Source: Eledone cirrhosa
Taxonomy: Eukaryota
DNA length: 64,000 bases
Reading direction: 5' to 3'
NCBI GenBank assembly: GCA_964016885.1
Contig: OZ024741.1
Location: 337,094,001 to 337,158,000, forward strand
Part shown: one piece after another, positions 54,170 through 64,000 of the stretch
How positions within the stretch are numbered: position 1 is the first letter of the stretch
How the letters are laid out: each line of letters opens with the position of its first letter
The notes under the pieces: model-generated
Database searches by the model: none
Told to the model about the DNA's origin: nothing
The model's input: only the letters and a program-made list of their open reading frames with translations
Translations under genes and position numbers: made by a program

Positions 54170-55015
54170 TCTTAAACAGATATACAGTAAAATTTTCTTA
54201 CTCCACATCGAGCAATATACAACAAAAAATAAGTGCATATAACATCTATAAATGTAAAAAAGCTCCATGTATACCTCTAGCACACCACACACAAACTAAC
54301 TATAATAATACTACAACGCATAACCAGAATATTATTACCTATCCACCAGTTACATCCACTCACTCACCTCACCAACACAATACATCAGCCTACAACCAAC
54401 TACCATCTTCCTCATCCTTAATAGGATCTAAGAATTACATACCCAATCTGACCAATAACTTCCAAAACAACCATGATTCTATAAACACCATATCCCCTAT
54501 AATTTCACCAACTAACAACCCTTCGAGCCATGACCACCCAACCGCAAACCCTTCTCTCTCATATAAAAATGTAAATACAAATACTAGCACTGTTATTGGG
54601 AATATAGCAAGCACATCTGATACCCTATGTACAAACGGTTGTAATTGTAGAGTAAAAAGTAATTGTTCCTTAAATGGAAATTGCTTAATTAATAATATAG
54701 TGTATAAATGTATAATTACCACTAAGGACTCTAATCAATCCTATATTGGATCAACATCTAATCCATTTAAATCGAGATTTTATGCACACACACACAGTTT
54801 TCGAAACACAAGATTAGCTAATACCACTTCTTTAGCGGAAGCAGTTAATAATTGAAAAAAGAAGAAAATTAATTATAACCTAACTTGGAAGATTCTCAAA
54901 AGAGCCATTTCTTATCAGGGCAATAGAAAGGAGTGTGGACTATGTTCCCAATAAATTTTTGAAATTACTAAATCGAAAGAGATTCTATTAAACAAGAAGT
55001 CATTTCTATATGAGA
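54170..55015 (+). pseudogene. Second, unrelated Penelope-like element fragment: RT thumb, long linker and GIY-YIG endonuclease
   Basis: Frame 1 from 54172: LNRYTVKFSYSTSSNIQQKISAYN ... CNCRVKSNCSLNGNCLINNIVYKCIITTKDSNQSYIGSTSNPFKSRFYAHTHSF...W KILKRA...CGLC..LLNKK, with stops at 54853 and 54952. It has no early ATG, so the ORF track misses it. Confidence 0.85.
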
Positions 55016-55028
55016 TAGAAATATTATA

Positions 55029-55822
55029 TATCATCATCATTATTATCACCATCGTTTAATGTGCATTTTCCATGTTAGCATGGGTTAGAAATACTGTCCC
55101 ATTGTGAAACAGCCAAGTCGGAGGACTGTGTTTTTCTCACACAAAAGATTTTGCTTTGGTTTCTATGGCTGGATGTCTTTCTTAACGCCATCCACATTTA
55201 CAGTGTATACTGGGTGTTTTTTGTCGTGATACCAAAACGATCACTTTACTGTGTGGTCTGAGTGCTTTTTATTATGACTCCTACACAACCACTTTACAGT
55301 GTGGGCTCAGCACTTCTTGTTGTGACACCTACATAATCTTTTTTCACTGTGGACTGTGTGCTTATTGATGTGGCCCAATATAGCCACTTTATGGTGTGGA
55401 TTGAGGACTTGCGTGGGGGAGATGCATGGGGAATTGGGACGGCAGATATAGGGGTGGGATAATTAAAACATGGGAGGTGTATGAGAAAGGTGATGGGAGG
55501 GAAGGTGGTGCATACTAGGTGTATGCCTCAGCTTCTGCATATGAGAAAGAGGGACTTCTGTATTACTGCATAGCGCCAGATATAACAGTCCTGTGTCATC
55601 ACCTTTGAGAGGTGCAATTGTGCAAGGTCAACTTTTATCACCTCATCCCAAGTCTTCCTAGGCCTGCCCACTCCATAGCTCCCATCAACTTTGAGTGCGC
55701 TGCACCTTTTTACCTTTTTATACAGCTGTCATCCTTCATATGCATCACATGTCCATACAAACAAAATATCCTCTCCCGCATACTGCATTTGATCCCTCGT
55801 ATACCTAATTTATCTAGCAGTT
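55029..55822 (-). mobile_element. Older RTE LINE 3' fragment
   Basis: DKLGIRGIKCSMRERIFCLYGHVMHMKDDSCIK plus a repetitive 3' UTR. Confidence 0.85.
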
Positions 55823-55869
55823 CATGTATATATATACATATACATATACATATATACACATACATATAT

Positions 55870-57643
55870 GAATTTGTTTGGCGAGGTTTTTGATATGAAA
55901 TCGTGTGTCGAAACAAATATTGTTATAATTGGGGAGGGTCATATTGTTATAATAATATTGCCAGAATTAATAACAGAACTCACTCACTGTTTGCTTGGTT
56001 TTCGCTTCTTTATCTTTTATATCAGTTAATTTATTCGGTCCTCAATGTTTACCATTGACTGACCAACGGTAAAAAATACAGATATAATATAGACACAAAC
56101 ACATATATATAGTCTAACAAAGTTCTTTCGTTGCACATCTGCAACATCGTCAGTGGTGGTATTATGTTTCCTCCTGTTGTATTGTATGTCTCCGCCATCT
56201 TTTTTGAATCTGTTTATTTATTTATTTATTTTTGTCTTCTTCATTGCGCATGCGTTTGCGTGTGTGTATCTCCACTCACACTACGCTAAACCCATGGCCT
56301 CCAAATACCTGATACTCAAAAAACTCAGCAATGTCCAGTAGTGCTAAGTTTAATATTCTGATCGCAGACTTGGTACGAGTGATGAAGAACGTGTCCCGCA
56401 TGTGCGACCCAACAGAAATGGAAAGACACATCCAACACTTCATCAACTGCATGCAGTTCTCTGGCTACAACCAAAGGGACAGAATCAGAGTATACGGAGG
56501 AGCCACGGAGAAGTATAAGACCCTCATAGAACTAGACATGAAAGGAATTTTCCCATTATACAGGAGCAAATCATGGAATAGCTTAGATAGGACTAAACAT
56601 AAGATAGTGAAATCCACCTCATGGTACGACAACCAAAGATACCAGAGTGTCATGTTTGTGGACGCTACCCCTGGAGGGAAATTAGCTAACCAGTGTAGAA
56701 AGGCCCTGAGAAAGACCCACGTAAAGATTAAGGTGGTAGAAAAGCCAGGAACCACCATAAAATCCCTGATCAGCAAAACATACCCTTTTAAGAAAACCCA
56801 CTCTACTAATAGGAAATATATTATATGTAAAGTAAACCCCCGGATAAACTGTAAAACTAGAAACGTAGTCTATAGCATAAGATGTACAGAGGGTACTTGC
56901 AGAAACATGACAACAACATACATAGGCGAGACACCTCGTAGCATAGGTGAAAGGATAGACTAACGCTGGGGGGAACTAAAAGGATGAAAAAACGATTCAG
57001 TACTATACGAACACGCCAGACAATAACATGACGGTAAGATAGACAACAGAAATTAAAATAATATCTAAACATAGAAATGACCCAGCAGACAGGTAAATCA
57101 GAGAGGCCACTGAAATAGAACTTAGAAGGCCAAATCTAAATACAAAAAATGAATGGAATAACAACACCCAAACAAACAATACTGACCTAAGAGAAATATA
57201 AATAAATAAATATATATACACACAAAAATAACAATAAACACATATAAACACACACTAGTAAACTAAGATAGAATACAATAACCAAAACACAGTCACCCAA
57301 ACGCGAACACACATCAAACCTATACACACACGCAAACGCATGCGCAGAGAAGAAGACAAAAATAAATAAATAAACAGATTAAATAAAAATGGCGTAGACA
57401 TACAATACAACAGGAGGAAGCATAATACCACCACTGACGATGTTGCAGATGTGCAACGAAAGAACTTTGTTAGACTATATATGTTTGTGTCTATATTATA
57501 TCTGTATTTTTGACCGTTGGTCAGTCAATGGTAAACATTGAGGACCAAATAAATTAACTGATATAAAAGATACAGAAGCGAAAACCAAGCAAACAGTGAG
57601 TGTGTTCTGTTATTAATTCTGGAATATTATTATAACAACATAT
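55870..57643 (+). mobile_element. 5'-truncated Penelope-like retroelement with an inverted copy of its 3' end; decayed RT C-terminus + GIY-YIG
   Basis: 56270-57160 translates (with frameshifts and stops) to YAKPMASKYLILK-NSAMS...MQFSGY...FVDATPGGKL...KVVEKPG...CKTRNVVYSIRC...YIGETPRSIGERI...R*IREATEIE...LNTKNEW. ~325-bp inverted repeats at 55941-56269 and 57322-57643, with TA-rich flanks. Confidence 0.9.
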
Positions 57644-57653
57644 ACATATATAT

Positions 57654-58088
57654 ATGACGTATTATCTTCGTGTTTTTCGTTCATTGCCAGAGAACGTCTC
57701 TATGAACCACCTAATAGAATGTTATTCTATACGTGGTTTTGTCTTTGCGTGTAATTATTTTTCACCGCTCTAAATAATTGTTTCTACTTTAGGCACAAGG
57801 CCAGCAATTACCCAGTGCATTACTGGTACTTTATTTTATCGACCCCGTAAGGATAAAAGGCAAAGTCACCGCTCTAAATAATGACGTATTATATTCGTTT
57901 TTTTTCGTTCTTTGCCAGAGAACGTTTCCACGAACCAAAGTATCATCTTCCTGTCTTCCTCCGGTTGCAACGTTTTTTGAAATATTCACTTCTGCGTTCA
58001 CAGATTGACTTTGTTAGTTTCAGAAGATCCCGTTAAGGGTGAAAGTAGCGATTCTTTGCTTCAACTTTAATCTGTTATTTTAATAAAT
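57654..58088 (+). mobile_element. PLE-end-like insert with a short direct repeat, decayed hammerhead and nested SINE
   Basis: 57654-57709 is repeated at 57881-57937. Motif cagaaga-tCCCgttaaGGGt-GAAA at 58021-58044. Confidence 0.55.
57779..57865 (-). mobile_element. 5'-truncated SINE family 1 with 17-bp TSD
   Basis: TSD tcaccgctctaaataat at 57762-57778 and 57866-57882. Confidence 0.9.
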
Positions 58089-58262
58089 ATATATATATAT
58101 AAGTATGTATATATATGTGTGTGTGTGTGTGTGTGCGTGTGTGTGCGTGCGTGTGTGTGTGTGTGTGTATGTGTAAACAAGTTTAAATGAGTTGATAATA
58201 CAACCATATAAAGGCAAAGGACATTTTAAAGCTCAAAACAATTTTATAGTCCACAGCAAAAT

Positions 58263-58299
<37 letters not shown>

Positions 58300-58301
58300 C
58301 A

Positions 58302-58420
<119 letters not shown>

Positions 58421-58435
58421 GTATATATATATATA

Positions 58436-58490
<55 letters not shown>

Positions 58491-58621
58491 GAACATACAC
58501 ACATGTATTATTGAAGAAACAATCTTAAAATTCCTCTTGATTTCCTGATTTGGTTCCATCAATCAATTATTATCTTTTTCTTTCTACTTAATCTCTAATT
58601 CCCTTGCCCTCTTTCTCTCTC

Positions 58622-58684
<63 letters not shown>

Positions 58685-59286
58685 TAACTCTTTAAATCAT
58701 TTTCTGTATAGCATTAAGATTTAGTCTCCATAATAAACAATATCTCTCATGTGACCAACGAACACAATTTCAGAAGTTAGCTTTCTCAGAATCACAACAA
58801 GACAAAAAAAATTACATAGGATCAGAAACAATGGCAATATGCCATTTTGCAGATTTGTCCAACCCATGCCAATATGAAAAAAAAAATATAACAACTAAAT
58901 GAAACAGATGTTTAACTTATGATGATGTTGAGGAGGAGGAAATGGGGCAAGTAAAGGAAGCAAGTGAAGTCTGGTGGAGTTTATGATGATGATAATGACA
59001 GCAATGTCAATGATGATGATGTTAACAATGATGACAATAATGGTGGTGAAAACGATGATTATCATAACGTTGATGCTGACTTGAATTTCCAATTGACATT
59101 TTCAGATATCCATTTTTATTTTTGCTCCTTATATAAAGGTTGTGCAGATATTTTATATTATCAACAAAAAAAGAAGTTAGATTTAACACTTAATGTCCTG
59201 TATTGCATGAAACTGTATTAGGAAGACATTTTTGACAAGTACAAAGCAGTATTATAATTGTATCGTACTAAAAATTAAAACTTCTC

Positions 59287-59712
59287 TCCACTAGTAAAGT
59301 TATTATAAACATTTGAATTAACAAACGGATTTTTAGATGCTTTCTGTTAAATCATAACAGGATATTAAGATATAATACTACAAATTTTCACAATAATCTA
59401 TCCACTAGTAAATATATTATAAACATTTGAATTGACAAACGAATTTTTAAATATTTTCTGCTAAATCATTACAGGGTATTAAGAGATAATATTGCAAATA
59501 TTCACAATGATCTGTCCACTAGTGAAGATGTTATAAACATTTGAATTGACAAACCAATTTTTAGATATTTTCTGCTAAATCATTACAGAATATTAATAGA
59601 TAATATTGGAAATTTTCGCAATGATCTGTCCACTAGTAAAGATAACATTTGAATTGACAAACCAATTTTTAAATCTCTTCTGCTAGATTATTACAGGATG
59701 TTAAGAGATAAT
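59287..59712. repeat. ~114-bp tandem repeat, ~3.7 units; dispersed relatives at ~5775-6180 and ~32655-32860 on the opposite strand
   Basis: Unit tccactagtaaa...aacatttgaattgacaaac...ttttctgctaaatcattacag...ttcacaatgatctg. Confidence 0.85.
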
Positions 59713-60799
59713 ATGGAAGTCTACTAAAATAAACAGTAATGACTGATTTATCAAAATATACCCTTATTTTTGTTGTTGCTATTGTTGTTTAGCCCTGACC
59801 CAAAGAAGCTCATGCTTAATAAATGTTTCAGCTGTCACCATTATATCTTTCTATATAGCTAGAACTACACCCTATTTTGTTAATTCTTTTGTTGCCATAT
59901 TTCTCCTGAAAGACATGGCCTATGATTTTTTAAAATCATTTTGAAATAATTGAGAATTTGGAAGGATCAAGTAATATAACTAACTTTTTCATTAGTTATC
60001 TGGTGTTTTGAACATAACTTAACAATGGTTCTTGCATAATGTTATGATGAAAGGTTTTTAGATGTGAACTCTTGAAAATATATGGTTTTGTATTGTAGAA
60101 CTATGGCCAATATCAAAAAGATTTGGTATCAAAGGGGTTAAGAGAATAAAATGTAATTTGAGGGAGATTGATCTGCTTAACAACCACCAAGAGACCCACG
60201 CTGTTGCTGTTGTTTTTGTTGTTATTTAGCCCTAGGTTAGCCTTCAAATGTGATGATAAGTGGTGTTTCAGCCATAACTACCTTGTCATATTTCGATGTT
60301 GTTTCAGGAACAATATATCCCCAACTACAGTATCAAACAGATCTTTTTTATTAAATAGTAGGGTGTAGTTGGATGTGTGGCTGCTATTTCAAGCAGGCTG
60401 AATGACCACATAGAGGTTTTCATGTTAGCCTGGGCTTCCTTGCTGGCTCGTTCATTTTGAGCAACTGGTACTGATAGATAATAAAGATTATGAAATCAAT
60501 ACTTCCTGATTTTAAAATAGACCTGTATTATTATTTTCTCTATGGTTGTAATGACCTTCGATTAAGCAAATGATTTTATCTTGCAATTTGCCTTTAATAT
60601 ATATTTCAGTCATCAAAGTAATTTCCCGTAGGTTTATATCATTCATCAAACAAACGCAACTTGATATACAACATAGAACACCGATTTTTTATTGTTTATT
60701 TACTGAGACGTCATTATGTCCAATATATAGATCCCAGAATTTTCTACTTTTCTGTTTCTTGTTAATCATATAATCATCATCATTATTTTATGTCCACTC

Positions 60800-61175
60800 C
60801 AGAATGGTAGAATTGTTTGGGAGTCAGATGAAATGTATTGCAATATTTCATTACAGCACTTTATGTTCTGGTTTCAAATCATACCAAGGTCAACTTTGCT
60901 TTTCATCCTTCGAAGGTCGTTAAAATAAAATACCAGTCAAGTACTGGGGATTGATATAATCAACTTTCCTCTTTCCTCTTTCCCCAAATTTCTTGTGGCA
61001 ATGTTAGAAAGAATTATTATCAGAAGGCAGTGGATTGGCAGAATCGATAGAGTATCAGACAAAATACATTGTAGTATTTAGTTATGACTTTCTATGTCCT
61101 GCATTCAAATCCTGCTGAGGCCAACTTTACCTTTCATCTTTTTGTTGTCATTGAAAAAATACCAGTCCAATACTG
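60800..61175 (+). mobile_element. Two old SINE family 1 copies (others at ~5030-5460, ~34270-34445, ~62875-63050)
   Basis: Diverged A/B boxes and the aggtcaactttgcttttcatcc core. Confidence 0.75.
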
Positions 61176-61199
61176 GCGCCAGTTTCTCCTCCTTCTGGC

Positions 61200-61420
61200 T
61201 GCTCTTTCTTGTGGCACCAGTATGGCCACCTTACAGGGTAAACTTGGTGCTTTTTTTATCCTAGCACCAGTAAAACCACTTTACAGAGTGGGCTAGGTGC
61301 TTTTTTTTTTGTCCTGGTACCAGTACAACCACCTTACAGAGTAGGCTGGGTGCTTTTTTGTTCTGGCACAAGTACAACCACCTTACAGAATGGGCTGGGT
61401 GTTTTTTGTCCTGGTACCAG
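61200..61420 (-). repeat. ~44-bp tandem units of RTE 3'-UTR type
   Basis: Repeated caccttacagagtgggctgggtgcttttt..ctggtaccag. Similar units occur at ~14000-14130 and ~55200-55400. Confidence 0.65.
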
Positions 61421-63778
61421 CAGTGTGGGATAACAAGTGATGTGTCATGTGTGGGGGTAGCCTTTAGGAGAGTGAGTTGTATGTGACATTGTCACTTTAC
61501 TTTTGTCCCTTTCTCCTGTATATTTCTTGGCATATTACCCTTATAGCTAGTCTATGGTTCACATGACTGGCTTTGACATAAATAAAAAATAATTCCAAGA
61601 GAATTTATGAATACTTGTTATACCTATATTTATATAATCTTTATAATAGATAATACACCACATTGTAGACAGCTTGTGATATCATTGTTAATTATTAAAA
61701 TGATCAAGAACAAGTATTGGAGACATAACTATCAAACAATTATCAGACTTTATGTAGTCACTGAGCCAGTAGTAAAATTGCTATGTGGTCTCATGACTTG
61801 CTTGAAATAACAACAAAATTCACTCAAATCACATGTTCCTGTCTTGAAAAAAAAGAGGAGACATTAAGTAGTTTAATCCTATACACCCATGAAAAGACAG
61901 GATGGTCATGGCCAGAATAGATTTTTGGATGATGTGCTTACTTAAATCATGAGAGACATGAGTTAAACAGCAATAACAAAAATTTCTTGGAATATTAAAT
62001 CCATCCTGTTAGATGGTCATTTAGGTGCTATGATAAAAACTACCCAGTCCACCCCGTTTGATGGTCATTTTGGTGCCACAATAAAAAGCCCTCCGTCCAC
62101 ATGGTAATCTTGTTGGCATTAGGAAGGGCATCCAGCTGTAGAAACCAAGCTAAAATACAGATCTGGTCTCCTGTCTTAACATGTCTCATAATGTGACAAC
62201 CCATCTAACCCATGCTAGCATGGAAAAATAGACATTAAATGATGATGATGATAAATAATGAATAAAGCACATCCTCTCATGGTTGAGGGAGGTGCTCAGA
62301 AATAACTACCAATCTTCTAACCATTTGTTATGTCTTCAGCCTGATTTACTGTCAGGGTTGACTCTCTTTAGCCTTTGCCTCTACACAGGCCGGCACAGGA
62401 AGTGAGGGTTTATGCTTGGAGTTGTCTTTCTCCTAACCTGGCTGCATTCCAAAGCTGCTGAGCCCAGAACACCTCCACAGTTATGCTGCATGGGGACACA
62501 GGGACTTAACGTTTGGCATTCTATTAAAACATGTATCTCAATGTATTAGAATAACATTTCTTTAAAGCATTTCACACTACTTTCAAACAGAAAGTCGGTA
62601 ATGTTATGTCTGGTTTAGGGATAATGTTTCTTTAAATCTTAACTAATGGTACATCCAGAATTGCAATCTGAAATATATCCGGGAACATAAAATCACTGAA
62701 CAAAACAAAATAATATTTTAGCGTATATTTTCGATATATTTTATTCATCTATTTAATTGTGTGCTAGTTGTGGTTATAATTGTTTTTGTTGCAATTGAAT
62801 GAATCCGTCCCAAAAACGTTTGGCCTTTTGCCAATATTAAAAATCATTATTGTTACTAATAACATTATTATTAAAAGTGTGGTAGATAGGGAGAATCAGT
62901 AGTGGATTGTAGAAAATGTCTTTTGCAGTATTTAGTCACAGCTCTTTATGTTCCAAGTTCAAATCCTGCCAAGATCAACTTTTCTTTTCTTCCATCCAGG
63001 GCCAATAAAATAAAATACCCATCAAGTATTGGAAGTTGATAATATTGGCTACTGTGTATATTTGAATACAAACTGAGGAATATGTGACCAAAAAATTAAT
63101 GGTAAAAGGGTGGGGGGAGCGGGGGACTCAGCTTATATACGCCATCTAAATAATGTGTTGATTAGTTGCCTCGGCTTAAAATGGGGTTTGGGTTTTGCAT
63201 ATTTCTCCCCAGCTACTACTGGTACTCACTCACAGGCAAGTGTACTGGAGCAACATGAAAGAAAGTGGTTGCTCAAGAACACAACACACAACTTGGTCCA
63301 AGTATCGAACTGACAACATTATGGTCAGATCATATATCAAACATCCTAACCATTAAGGCCATGTGCCTTCACGCATAACTGACAGAAGTCCAATTAATAC
63401 TACTACTATTTATTTATTTCTTGCTAAAAGCATTTCATGGTTGAAATCCTCCATCCTCCCATCATCCACTAATGTTCAAGCTTCAGCTACCTCACTAATC
63501 CAACAAAATAAACACTCTATTTTGAAGATATCCACTGTAAATATATTTTTAAGTCTTAACTATTCATCACCAGATTTCACTCTCTCCCTCTTTCTCTTTC
63601 TGTCCCTCTCCCTCTTCCCCCTCCCTACCTCTCTTCCTCTCTTTATCTCACTATCTCTATCTCTCTCTCCATCTCTTTGTTTTTCTCTCTCTCGCACGTG
63701 AGTGCATGAGGGTTGTATACATGTATGTGTGATGGTTGTTTACATGCATGTGTGTGTATCTATGGGTGCATGAGCATA

Positions 63779-63979
63779 TACGAAAGTAGGCTGAAAGGTT
63801 CATAGGCTGACTATGAAGGAGTGATGCTAGAGCTGTGAAATCTTGCATGCATTAATTTCAACTCTTCTGATTAATAGCTGAATTGTTTCTTTCTAGGGAT
63901 ATGTTGAAAAATAAACCTCATTTAGTTATTCCATGAGAGTATGTTGGTTAGCCTATGAACTTTTCAGCCCACCCTTGTA
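63779..63979. mobile_element. Tc1/mariner-type MITE
   Basis: Imperfect ~30-bp TIRs cgaaagtaggctgaaaggttcataggct / agcctatgaacttttcagcccacccttg flanked by TA. Confidence 0.8.
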
Positions 63980-64000
63980 TAGGTGTGTGGGTGTGTGTAT

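Noticed and set aside
54853-54855. In-frame TGA in the PLE endonuclease as possible selenocysteine
   Set aside because: The position does not look like a Cys site, and a TAA follows at 54952, so ordinary decay is more likely.

Overview
Very AT-rich eukaryotic DNA saturated with (TA)n/(CA)n/(CAT)n microsatellites. The SINE families and repeat landscape resemble an octopus/cephalopod genome (inference, not confirmed). Most ORF-track entries are microsatellite artefacts. Supportable content: (1) probable 3' exons of two convergent host genes (+ strand 27252-27414 and 37214-37488 with a long repeat-poor 3' UTR; - strand 51211-51336 and 47883-47975); (2) many copies of two tRNA-derived SINE families, several with clean TSDs; (3) decayed RTE-type LINE fragments and tiny 3' stubs; (4) two decayed Penelope-like (PLE) RT-C-terminus/GIY-YIG fragments at 54.2-55.0 kb and 55.9-57.6 kb; (5) mariner-like and TTAA (piggyBac-like) MITEs, minisatellites and a 200-N gap. 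The most striking signal is about ten fold-back (inverted-repeat) inserts from mostly unrelated families, embedded in or next to (TA)n tracts. Many carry a type I hammerhead-ribozyme-like fold near the turn-around point and have one long and one short arm. The coding PLE at 55.9-57.6 kb has the same architecture, and the insert at 11.2-11.8 kb reads as a more-than-unit-length copy of a ~315-nt unit (retrozyme-like). All coordinates and pairings were read by eye.
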